From Ruminococcus albus 7 = DSM 20455 (GTDB taxonomy: Bacteria > Bacillota > Clostridia > Oscillospirales > Ruminococcaceae): DNA of 32,000 nt. Shown in pieces: positions 8,511 through 16,163 of this stretch (positions are counted from its first letter, which is position 1; the number at the start of each line of letters is the position of its first letter). The stretch lies in assembly GCF_000179635.2 (NCBI RefSeq), contig NC_014833.1, forward strand, positions 30,001-62,000, read 5' to 3'. A model generated the notes under the pieces. The model did no database searches, had not been told where the DNA came from, and saw only the letters and a program-made list of their open reading frames with translations. Both the position numbers and the translations under genes were made by a program.

Positions 8511-9044
8511 ATGAAAATAATAGCGATCGGAGCAGTTACAGCAGGTGGGAAAACAACAGTTGTCAATGCAATTAAAGATAGGTTACCAAGGACAACCTCG
8601 CTTCACTTTGATGACTACTCATTCGACGGAGAACCTGATGATTTCACAAAATGGGTATCGAAAGCTGAGGAATTCTATAATGTATGGGACTTGTCACCAT
8701 TAAAAGCAGATGTTGAAAGGATTATCAATAGTGGAGAGTATGATTATCTGCTGTTGGATTATCCCTTTGCATATCAGAATAAAATGATGAAAGATTATCT
8801 GGACTGCTGTATATTTATTGATACGCCGTTAGACATCGCAATGGCTCGTAGAGTGCTTAGAGATATGAAAGAGGCTTCTGCTGATGAGATTCGTAATGAA
8901 ATGAATACATACTTGAATGCTGCAAGAGTTTGTTATGTTCAGATGCTGACAGAAATTTTACCGAATTCCGACTATGTGATCGACGGTGCAAACGATCTTG
9001 AAACAATTATCAATGAAGCTATGGAAATAATATTAAGGTGCTAA
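8511..9044 (+). CDS. P-loop nucleoside/nucleotide kinase-like protein (uridine-kinase/PRK-like fold), 177 aa
   Basis: ATG 8511 follows GGAGGAG. MKIIAIGAVTAGGKTTV carries a Walker A motif. ...IFIDTPLDIAMARRVLRD resembles the uridine kinase family. The track ORF start at 8433 lies inside the promoter and is rejected. Confidence 0.7.
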   Translation: MKIIAIGAVTAGGKTTVVNAIKDRLPRTTSLHFDDYSFDGEPDDFTKWVSKAEEFYNVWDLSPLKADVERIINSGEYDYLLLDYPFAYQNKMMKDYLDCCIFIDTPLDIAMARRVLRDMKEASADEIRNEMNTYLNAARVCYVQMLTEILPNSDYVIDGANDLETIINEAMEIILRC

Positions 9045-9273
9045 CTTCTGATTTATCTTAGCAACCGTATAAAATATAATGCCCCTGAGCGCATAAACGC
9101 TTGGGGGCAAAACTTCTATATGGTTACCAGCCGTAAGACCGGGGGGATTTTTATATCAGATCATTGCAGGAGAATGTCTGAATGTCGAAATTGGGTTAGG
9201 GTATACTAACTAATTTGCACAAATCTTACCTGTTAAATTTTTCACGGATAGGGCAAAAAAACCGAAAAAGGTC

Positions 9274-9302
9274 TTTACAAACCGAAAAAAACGTGTTATA
9301 CT
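9274..9302 (+). promoter_or_regulatory. Candidate promoter for nifJ
   Basis: TTTACA (9274-9279), a 17-nt spacer ending in TGT (extended -10), then TATACT (9297-9302). The 5' UTR would be about 110 nt. Confidence 0.5.
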
Positions 9303-9420
9303 ATAAGAGTTAACGCGTATACGTTTTGTTAGTTATGCCAGAATATATACGCTGACCTTTTGAGAGAACGTTTCTCAAATCATATCGGGCTGTCCGCCCG
9401 TAGAAAGGATGATCGTTTAA

Positions 9421-12400
9421 ATGGCAAGAAAAATGAAAACCATGGACGGTAACAACGCTGCTGCTTGGGCATCATATCCCTTTACAGAAGTTGCTGCTAT
9501 CTATCCTATCACCCCTTCCTCTGTTATGGCTGAGGTTACAGACCAGTGGTCTGCTAAGGGTCAGAAGAACCTGTTCGGTACTCCCGTAAAGGTTGCAGAG
9601 ATGCAGTCTGAGGCAGGTGCTTCAGGTACTGTACACGGTTCACTGAGTGCAGGTGCACTGACTACCACCTACACAGCTTCACAGGGTCTGCTGCTGATGA
9701 TCCCTAATATGTACAAGATCGCCGGCGAACTTCTTCCCTGCGTTATCCACGTTTCCGCAAGATGCGTAGCTTCCCACGCACTGAACATCTTCGGCGACCA
9801 CTCTGACGTATATGCTTGCCGTCAGACAGGTTTCGCTATGCTGTGTTCTTCCAACGTACAGGAAGTTATGGATCTGGGTACAGTTGCTCACCTCTCTACA
9901 ATCGAGAGCAGAGTTCCTTTCCTGCACTTCTTCGACGGTTTCCGTACCTCTCACGAGATACAGAAGATCGAAACTTGGGATATCGAAGATGTAAGAGAGA
10001 TGACCAACTTCGAGAAGATCGAGGAATTCAGAAAGAACGCTCTGAATCCTGAGCATCCTATCCTGAAGGGTACTGCACAGAACCCTGACATCTTCTTCCA
10101 GGCAAGAGAAGCTTGCAATCCTTACTATGATGCTGTTCCCGGTATCGTTGAGGATTACATGGCTAAGGTCAATGCTAAGATCGGTACAGATTACAAGCTC
10201 TTCAACTACTACGGTGCTCCCGATGCAACTCATGTAATCGTTGCTATGGGTTCTGTATGTGATACTATCGAAGAGACTATAGATTACCTGAACGCTAACG
10301 AGGGCACAAAGCTGGGTCTTGTTAAGGTAAGACTTTACAGACCTTTCGCAGCTGACAGACTGGTAGCTGCACTGCCTTCTACTGTTGAGCAGATCTCTGT
10401 TCTCGACAGAACCAAGGAGCCCGGTTCTCTGGGTGAGCCTCTGTATCTTGACGTTGTTGCTGCACTGAAGGGCACACAGTTCCACGATGTACCTATAGCA
10501 AGCGGCAGATACGGTCTGGGTTCAAAGGATACAACTCCTGACCAGATCAAGGCTGTATACTGGAACGCAAGCTGGAAGGATTCCTACAAGCCTCGTTTCA
10601 CACTGGGTATCAATGATGACGTTACCAACCTCTCTCTGGAGAGCGAGGGCAAGCTGGATTCCGCTCCTGCAGGCACAACTGCTTGTAAGTTCTGGGGTCT
10701 GGGTGCTGACGGTACCGTTGGTGCTAACAAGAACTCCATAAAGATCATAGGTGACCACACCGATCTGTATGCACAGGCTTACTTTGCATATGACTCCAAG
10801 AAGTCCGGTGGTGTTACAGTATCTCACCTGAGATTCGGTAAGACTCCTATCAAGTCTACTTACCTGATCAACCAGGCTGATTTCGTAGCTTGCCACAACG
10901 AGTCATACATCAGCAAGTACAACATCGTTAACGACATCAAGCCCGGCGGAACATTCCTGCTGAACTGCCAGTGGGATGAGGCTGATCTTGAGAAGCACCT
11001 CCCCGGTCAGGTGAAGAGATATATCGCTGAGAACAACATCAAGTTCTACACAATCAACGGCGTTAAGATCGGTAAGGAGATCGGTCTGGGCAACAGGATC
11101 AACACTGTTCTCCAGTCTGCATTCTTCAAGCTTTCCGGCATCATTCCTATGGAAGACGCTATCAAGTACATGAAGGACGCTGCTACTGCTTCTTACTCCA
11201 AGAAGGGTGAAGCTATCGTTAAGATGAACCACGACGCTATCGACGCCGGCTGCCAGCAGGTAGTTGAGGTCAAGGTACCCGCTGCTTGGAAGAAGGCTAA
11301 GGATACCAAAATGGGCATGGACAAGGTTAGCGAGAAGCAGGAGAAGAACAAGACTCTGCGTGACTTCGTTAACAACATCCAGATCCCCTGCAACGCTCAG
11401 GAAGGTGACAAGCTGCCTGTATCCACATTCAAGGATATGGCTGACGGTGTATTCCCTCAGGGCTCTGCAGCATTCGAGAAGAGAGGTATAGCTGTTGACG
11501 TTCCTGCTTGGGACGGCGCAAATTGTATCCAGTGTAACTTCTGCTCTTATGTTTGTCCTCATGCTGTTATCAGACCCAGCATCATGACAGATGACGAGCT
11601 GAAGAAGGCTCCTAAGCTGGCACAGGATAAGGCAGTACCCGTAACAGGTATGCCCGGCTACAACTTCGTTATGACTATGTCTGCTCTGGACTGCACAGGC
11701 TGCGGTTCTTGTGTAAACGTATGTCCCGGCAAGAAGGGCAACAAGGCTCTGAACATGATGCCTCTGGAGAGCCAGCTTGCTGAGCAGGAAGTATTCAACT
11801 ACGCTCAGTCTCTGCCTGAGAAGCCTGAGGTATTTGAGAAGTTCAAGGAGACTACTGTTAAGGGCTCACAGTTCAAGCAGCCTCTGCTTGAATTTTCCGG
11901 CGCTTGCGCAGGCTGCGGTGAGACTCCTTACGCTAAGCTCATCACACAGCTGTTCGGCGACAGAATGTACATCGCTAACGCAACTGGTTGTTCTTCGATC
12001 TGGGGTGGTTCTGCTCCTTCGACTCCTTACACCACCAACAAGGATGGCAAGGGTCCTGCTTGGGCTAACTCCCTGTTTGAGGATAACGCTGAGTACGGTT
12101 ACGGTATGTTCCTGGCTCAGTCCACAATCAGAAACAGAACTATCGCTAAGGTTCTTGAACTCTCCAAGACCACCAAGGCTGCTGCTGTTAAGGAAGCTGC
12201 TGAGGCTTACCTGAGCACAGTTGATAACGGTGCTGCTAACAAGGCTGCTACCGCTGAGCTGATCGCTGCTCTGAAGAAGTCCAAGAGCGCTGCAGCTGAT
12301 GAGATACTGAAGGATGCTGATTACCTGGCTAAGAAGTCCATGTGGATCTTCGGCGGCGACGGTTGGGCATACGATATCGGTTTCTCCGGTGTTGACCACG

Positions 12401-13002
12401 TTCTGGCTTCCGGTGAGGATGTAAACATCTTCGTATTCGATACCGAGGTTTACTCCAACACAGGCGGACAGTCATCCAAGTCTACTCCTACCGGTGCTAT
12501 CGCACAGTTCGCAGCAGCTGGTAAGGAAGTTAAGAAGAAGGATCTGGCTGGTATAGCTATGTCTTACGGTTATGTTTATGTTGCACACGTTGCTATGGGT
12601 GCTGACATGAACCAGTGCCTGAAGGCTATCCACGAGGCTGAGAGCTACAATGGTCCTTCCATCATCATCGGTTATGCTCCTTGTATCAACCACGGTATCA
12701 AGGGCGGCATGAAGATCGCTCAGACCGAGGAGAAGAAGGCTGTTCAGGCTGGTTACTGGCATCTGTACAGATATGATCCTCGTCTGAAGGCTGAAGGCAA
12801 GAATCCTTTCATCCTGGATTCCAAGGCTCCTTCTGCTGATTACAGAGAGTTCATCATGGGCGAAGTTCGTTACAACGCACTCGCTAGACAGAACCCTGAG
12901 AGAGCTGAGAAGCTGTTTGCTAAGGCTGAGCAGAACGCTAAGGATAGATATGACTATCTGCTGAGATATGCTAAGCTCTACAACACTGCTGATGAGAAGT
13001 AA
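9421..13002 (+). CDS. nifJ: Pyruvate:ferredoxin (flavodoxin) oxidoreductase, single-polypeptide NifJ/PFOR type, 1193 aa
   Basis: N-terminus MDGNNAAAWASYPFTEVAAIYPITPSS. Two ferredoxin-type 4Fe-4S motifs are present (CIQCNFCSYVCP and CTGCGSCVNVCP), along with the TPP-domain motif GGDGWAYDIG. The length is typical of fused PFOR. Confidence 0.97.
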   Translation: MARKMKTMDGNNAAAWASYPFTEVAAIYPITPSSVMAEVTDQWSAKGQKNLFGTPVKVAEMQSEAGASGTVHGSLSAGALTTTYTASQGLLLMIPNMYKIAGELLPCVIHVSARCVASHALNIFGDHSDVYACRQTGFAMLCSSNVQEVMDLGTVAHLSTIESRVPFLHFFDGFRTSHEIQKIETWDIEDVREMTNFEKIEEFRKNALNPEHPILKGTAQNPDIFFQAREACNPYYDAVPGIVEDYMAKVNAKIGTDYKLFNYYGAPDATHVIVAMGSVCDTIEETIDYLNANEGTKLGLVKVRLYRPFAADRLVAALPSTVEQISVLDRTKEPGSLGEPLYLDVVAALKGTQFHDVPIASGRYGLGSKDTTPDQIKAVYWNASWKDSYKPRFTLGINDDVTNLSLESEGKLDSAPAGTTACKFWGLGADGTVGANKNSIKIIGDHTDLYAQAYFAYDSKKSGGVTVSHLRFGKTPIKSTYLINQADFVACHNESYISKYNIVNDIKPGGTFLLNCQWDEADLEKHLPGQVKRYIAENNIKFYTINGVKIGKEIGLGNRINTVLQSAFFKLSGIIPMEDAIKYMKDAATASYSKKGEAIVKMNHDAIDAGCQQVVEVKVPAAWKKAKDTKMGMDKVSEKQEKNKTLRDFVNNIQIPCNAQEGDKLPVSTFKDMADGVFPQGSAAFEKRGIAVDVPAWDGANCIQCNFCSYVCPHAVIRPSIMTDDELKKAPKLAQDKAVPVTGMPGYNFVMTMSALDCTGCGSCVNVCPGKKGNKALNMMPLESQLAEQEVFNYAQSLPEKPEVFEKFKETTVKGSQFKQPLLEFSGACAGCGETPYAKLITQLFGDRMYIANATGCSSIWGGSAPSTPYTTNKDGKGPAWANSLFEDNAEYGYGMFLAQSTIRNRTIAKVLELSKTTKAAAVKEAAEAYLSTVDNGAANKAATAELIAALKKSKSAAADEILKDADYLAKKSMWIFGGDGWAYDIGFSGVDHVLASGEDVNIFVFDTEVYSNTGGQSSKSTPTGAIAQFAAAGKEVKKKDLAGIAMSYGYVYVAHVAMGADMNQCLKAIHEAESYNGPSIIIGYAPCINHGIKGGMKIAQTEEKKAVQAGYWHLYRYDPRLKAEGKNPFILDSKAPSADYREFIMGEVRYNALARQNPERAEKLFAKAEQNAKDRYDYLLRYAKLYNTADEK

Positions 13003-13021
13003 TTCTTAAAAGTAAATAATT

Positions 13022-13057
13022 ACCGCCGCACTCCATTCGGGGTGCGGCGGTTTTTTT
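13022..13057 (+). terminator. Intrinsic terminator after nifJ
   Basis: ACCGCCGCAC...GTGCGGCGGT stem followed by a T7 run (13051-13057). Confidence 0.85.
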
Positions 13058-13300
13058 ATAAATAACGAATTATCGAACGTACTGCAGGATTTACCGGGGA
13101 AAACCTTTCTAAAGAAAGGGTGAGAGTAATATACGGTGATGTCTGGTGAAAACAAAAAGGTATGTCAATATACACAATTCGATTTGCATATCGATAGTAA
13201 GATTGATTTTTTATAAATAATTTCTTGTTAAATTTAGAAATTAATATATTAATAATTAATCTGACTATTTGGTAAAATAGTTGAATTTAATATTAGAGTA

Positions 13301-13329
13301 TTGACAGCGAATTGTTTTTATTGTATAAT
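13301..13329 (+). promoter_or_regulatory. SigA-type promoter for the PG-binding protein gene
   Basis: TTGACA (13301-13306), a 17-nt spacer, then TATAAT (13324-13329), at the end of a very AT-rich 315-nt spacer. Confidence 0.62.
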
Positions 13330-13381
13330 TAAAACATAGGTTAGAGTTAACCTAAATAATTAATCAAAAAGGGTGGTTAAT

Positions 13382-13780
13382 ATGAACAAAGTACTTAAGA
13401 GGATTTCTGCTGTAACACTGTCTCTTGCGGTTATAGGAACTGCTTCTGTGATTCCCGTGAAAAATAGTCCTATGATCAATACAGCTGTTGTTGCAAGCGC
13501 TGCAAACTACGACAATGCCTATTGGAATTATACCAGACCAACTGGTGGTAGGCGTGATACCGCAAGTAAGGTTAAGTGGATACAGGCTGCAATTAATTAT
13601 TATTTCAACTCTAATAAGCTTGATGTAGATGGCAGTTATGGTCCGTTGACTAGTTCAGCAGTAGCTGATTTCCAGAGAAGCTACAATAAATATTATTCCA
13701 GGACAACGGGATTTAGCATTGCAGTAGATGGCGACTTTGGTCCTGATACATTTAGGGCATTTGAAGCGCTTAATTATTGA
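13382..13780 (+). CDS. Small secreted protein consisting of a signal peptide plus a peptidoglycan-binding (PG_binding_1-like) domain, 132 aa
   Basis: ATG 13382 lies 6 nt after GGGTGG. The signal-like N-terminus is MNKVLKRISAVTLSLAVIGTASV. The motif ...LDVDGSYGPLTSSAVADFQRSYN...VDGDFGPDTFRAFEAL matches the DG-x-(F/Y)G-x-x-T...FQ pattern of PG_binding_1. Confidence 0.72.
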   Translation: MNKVLKRISAVTLSLAVIGTASVIPVKNSPMINTAVVASAANYDNAYWNYTRPTGGRRDTASKVKWIQAAINYYFNSNKLDVDGSYGPLTSSAVADFQRSYNKYYSRTTGFSIAVDGDFGPDTFRAFEALNY

Positions 13781-13816
13781 TTGTTGAAAGACACATGAAA
13801 TTATAATTTTTGTTTG

Positions 13817-13849
13817 GTCGGAAGTCAATATTTGACTTCCGACTTTTCT
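13817..13849 (+). terminator. Intrinsic terminator after the PG-binding protein gene
   Basis: Perfect 12-bp palindromic stem GTCGGAAGTCAA-tat-TTGACTTCCGAC (13817-13843) followed by TTTTCT. Confidence 0.8.
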
Positions 13850-14016
13850 ATTTCCGTACTCTTTCGGTCAAAAAGTGTGTTTAAGGACAGAGTTCAGCTA
13901 CACCCAAAAACTGTTTGTGCTTTCAAGTTCTTCAATCGGATATATACTCCTTAGTGTTTTCAAAGACTTTCCTCAGTTGCCCCAAAGTTTTTGCGATAAA
14001 AACAGTACATAGTCTG

Positions 14017-14613
14017 TCAGAGCGCCATTTTAATAAGGTGTACAGCAGTCACGATGATGCTTATGCCACATATCACAAGTGCAACTATCATTCCGCGGCG
14101 GTTGGACTTGCGTATCTCCTGTTCTTTTGCTTTTTCGATATCGTCGAGAGTTTCACCGTTCATGAATGCCAGTATCTCTCGCTGTGTCTGGATATCGTGT
14201 TCGGATTTGATAGCTTCCATTTTGTGGAATGACATGAAAGTAAATACAGCTAGTGCCCCTGCAAGCAGACTGCCTATCACCATACCGACAGTACCGAAGT
14301 GTTCATAGATGGGGGTAACAACAGCCATAAGCAGTATCAGTCCGATGACGCCGCACCACTGGGCGCGTTTGAGCGCATATGCATCTTTGTTGTGGATCGT
14401 GTTTTTCATAGTTTCAACATCTCCTTTGATAAGTTCATCGAGGGACACGCCGAACAGGTCGCTGAGGATAAGCAGGCTGTGAACATCGGGGTAGTTCTTT
14501 TCGTTCTCCCAGTTGGAGATAGTCTGTCGGCTGACGTAAGATTTCTCTGCGAGAGTTTCCTGTGACCAGCCCTTTTCTGTGCGCAGTCTTTTTATGGTCT
14601 TGCTGAGTTCCAT
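14017..14613 (-). CDS. XRE-family (Cro/C1 HTH) transcriptional regulator with C-terminal transmembrane segments, 198 aa
   Basis: MELSKTIKRLRTEKGWSQETLAEKSYVSRQTISNWENEKNYPDVHSLLILSDLFGVSLDELI is a canonical HTH_3 domain. It is followed by hydrophobic helices (WCGVIGLILLMAVVTPI, MVIGSLLAGALAVFTFM, MIVALVICGISIIVTAV). The SD GGAGGG lies upstream. Confidence 0.85.
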   Translation of the reverse strand: MELSKTIKRLRTEKGWSQETLAEKSYVSRQTISNWENEKNYPDVHSLLILSDLFGVSLDELIKGDVETMKNTIHNKDAYALKRAQWCGVIGLILLMAVVTPIYEHFGTVGMVIGSLLAGALAVFTFMSFHKMEAIKSEHDIQTQREILAFMNGETLDDIEKAKEQEIRKSNRRGMIVALVICGISIIVTAVHLIKMAL

Positions 14614-14740
14614 TCGGGTACCCTCCTTTCTTTGGGTGTGTACTCATCATAGCAGATGTGATCGCAGATTTCTACCAAATGCTCTTGACACAGCGTAAAA
14701 TCGGGTGACAAAAGTGTTTGACAGGGGTTTATATAACTAT

Positions 14741-14769
14741 ATGATATAGTATTACGAGGGATATGTCAA
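14741..14769 (-). promoter_or_regulatory. Candidate promoter for the XRE regulator
   Basis: On the minus strand: TTGACA (14769-14764), a 17-nt spacer, then TATCAT (14746-14741). Its -10 overlaps a plus-strand candidate, TTGACA (14718-14723), 16 nt, TATGAT (14740-14745). Confidence 0.4.
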
Positions 14770-14854
14770 GGGGAAAATATAATTCATGACGAGAGTGAAT
14801 ACTATAATAATAGTATATATAATATTTGTGTTTGTTATAAATTGAAATAACTGG

Positions 14855-14883
14855 TTGACATGGTATGATTGTCATGGTAAAAT
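14855..14883 (+). promoter_or_regulatory. Candidate promoter for the small repeat protein gene
   Basis: TTGACA (14855-14860), a 17-nt spacer, then TAAAAT (14878-14883). Confidence 0.45.
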
Positions 14884-14898
14884 TATTTCAGTTATAAA

Positions 14899-15255
14899 TT
14901 GTTATACCGGGGTGTATGTAAAGTGCTATTTAAGCCAAAATTTGACAAAATCAAACATGAAAATGATAATTACAACAGAGAAGAAATGATCGAGTTAACC
15001 GAAAAAATATTTGGAAACATGATACCTCACAGGATATTAAAGAAAAGAGCAAAAATGTGGTATGCTGCAGATCATCATGTTGATGAGAGGGTACTGGATA
15101 AACTATCTCGGTCTCCTTTTGTTGAGGTGCGGGAAAGTGTAGCGGCAAATGCGCATACGTCCGGGAAAACTTTGGAAGTATTACTTTGTGATGCTGACTT
15201 TCAAGTCAGAGAAACGGCGAAACGAAGAATAAGCGAAATAGATATGCGGAAATAA
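14899..15255 (+). CDS. Small cytoplasmic protein with HEAT/LRV-like repeats (start uncertain)
   Basis: ...DERVLDKLSRSPFVEVRESVAANAHTSGKTLEVLLCDADFQVRETAKRR resembles the leucine-rich-repeat-variant/HEAT pattern (L..L..d.d..VR..vA). The track start is TTG 14899 with no SD. GTG 14923 follows GGGGTG at 9 nt and may be the true start. Confidence 0.5.
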   Translation: MLYRGVCKVLFKPKFDKIKHENDNYNREEMIELTEKIFGNMIPHRILKKRAKMWYAADHHVDERVLDKLSRSPFVEVRESVAANAHTSGKTLEVLLCDADFQVRETAKRRISEIDMRK

Positions 15256-15355
15256 AACTAAAGGAGCAAAATATTCTTGTAATAATGCACAAAAAGCAAC
15301 TGTAAAAACAGCGAAATTTCTACATCTAAAATACGTATAAATTTTCCCAAAACCC

Positions 15356-15384
15356 TTGCAAAATAGGCAAACGTAGTGTATAAT
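15356..15384 (+). promoter_or_regulatory. Strong SigA-type promoter about 465 nt upstream of rpsJ
   Basis: TTGCAA (15356-15361), a 17-nt spacer, then TATAAT (15379-15384). I could not find a comparably good promoter between here and rpsJ. Confidence 0.62.
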
Positions 15385-15390
15385 AATACT

Positions 15391-15642
15391 TGCGTGACTG
15401 CACAGTGTATCTTAAATGAGATACACAAATGATATGCGATGAAACGGAAGGTTGCTGACAGTAGGTCAGGTAATTTCCGCGGAGTATGTCCGATTTTAAA
15501 CCGGGCGACTGTAATACCGAGCACTGTATGTGTTATGCTTCTTGCGAGGGAGCTGTGGGATATCCTGCGCTCTTTTAGCTTAATGCATGACCATGTGCCT
15601 GATTTCGGTCCGGGAGCCTGCTTGCAGGTCTCGGGATTTTTT
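15391..15642 (+). ncRNA. Candidate structured RNA: either a stand-alone sRNA or the 5' attenuator part of the S10 operon leader
   Basis: It starts just downstream of the promoter and has no SD-preceded ORF. Hairpins pairable by eye: 15405-15426 (8 bp perfect), 15445-15479 (CGGAA/TTCCG enclosing CTGAC/GTCAG), 15488-15506, and 15544-15570. It ends in a 7-bp bulged stem (15614-15632) followed by GGGA and T6 (15637-15642). No known RNA family was recognised. Confidence 0.35.
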
Positions 15643-15717
15643 ATAAGGATATCAGGGAACACACGGTAGAGTGTAGATTGAGAAAAATATCTCACAGGTA
15701 CTATGGATAGTCTTACA

Positions 15718-15792
15718 AGCCTGTCAATTGCACAAGCTGTTGAGCATCTGACAATAATGAGCGATCAACAATTTGTGCAATTGACTGAGGCT
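15718..15792 (+). promoter_or_regulatory. 75-nt near-perfect hairpin in the rpsJ leader
   Basis: AGCCT/AGGCT (15718-15722 with 15788-15792), GTCAATTGCACAA/TTGTGCAATTGAC (15723-15735 with 15773-15785, 13 bp perfect) and TGTTGA/TCAACA (15738-15743 with 15765-15770). That is 24 bp in total, ending 56 nt before the rpsJ start. Confidence 0.5.
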
Positions 15793-15848
15793 TGGCTAAA
15801 GACTTGCCCCTAAAACAATTTTTATATTGCTGTAAGGAGGCGATTTAA

Positions 15849-16163
15849 GTGGCAGTCAATGAGAAGATGAGAATCAAGATCAAGGGCTATGAGCACGCTG
15901 TAGTTGACAGCGCAGCTGCAAAGATCGTTGAGGCGGTTAAGCGTTCAGGCGCACAGGTTTCCGGACCTATCCCGCTGCCTACCAACAAAGAGGTAGTAAC
16001 GATCCTGAGAGCTGTACACAAGTACAAGGACAGCCGTGAGCAGTTCGAGCTGAGAACTCACAAAAGACTCATAGATGTTATCAGACCCACTAAGGAGACG
16101 ATATCTACTCTTGAGAATCTTGAACTTCCCGCCGGCGTAAACATCGTTATGGAGGTCAAGTAA
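15849..16163 (+). CDS. rpsJ: 30S ribosomal protein uS10
   Basis: GTG start 8 nt after AAGGAGG (15834-15840). [20 protein letters not shown]... is the classic uS10 N-terminus. It is the first gene of the conserved cluster. Confidence 0.97.
   Translation: MAVNEKMRIKIKGYEHAVVDSAAAKIVEAVKRSGAQVSGPIPLPTNKEVVTILRAVHKYKDSREQFELRTHKRLIDVIRPTKETISTLENLELPAGVNIVMEVK

Noticed and set aside
9081-9108. Hairpin GCCCC..AGCG-cataaa-CGCT..GGGGC after the kinase-like gene, considered as a possible terminator.
   Set aside because: The stem is interrupted, and the plus strand follows it with AAAACTT rather than a T-run. The T-rich side faces a direction with no upstream gene. It is left unannotated.
9679-12762. 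Several long minus-strand ORFs inside nifJ (for example 9679-10485, 10903-11562, 11866-12399).
   Set aside because: They are antisense to an unambiguous 1193-aa PFOR gene. Their translations are low-complexity and Ser/Leu/Val rich, with no SD or motif. These are typical shadow ORFs of a codon-biased gene.
13894-13952. A 13-codon minus-strand mini-ORF (TTG 13935 to TGA 13894, MKNLKAQTVFGCS) preceded by AAGGAG, downstream of the XRE gene.
   Set aside because: It has a non-ATG start with long 11-nt spacing, no supporting feature, and is too short to evaluate.
13915-14232. A 105-codon plus-strand ORF overlapping the 3' end of the XRE gene.
   Set aside because: It is antisense to a gene with a clear HTH domain, has no SD, and begins in the intergenic region downstream of a terminator.
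15445-15479. Local resemblance (AGGTCAGGT, CGGAAGG) to the SRP/4.5S RNA helix 8 sequence.
   Set aside because: The order of the elements is reversed relative to SRP RNA. The conserved GGAA-tetraloop/AGCAGC arrangement is absent, and no Alu-domain features are present. The resemblance is judged coincidental.
15258-15695. A 145-codon minus-strand ORF and a 76-codon plus-strand ORF (15439-15669) in the region upstream of rpsJ.
   Set aside because: Neither has an SD. Their composition looks random, and they span a promoter and hairpins oriented on the plus strand. The region is treated as non-coding RNA or leader instead.
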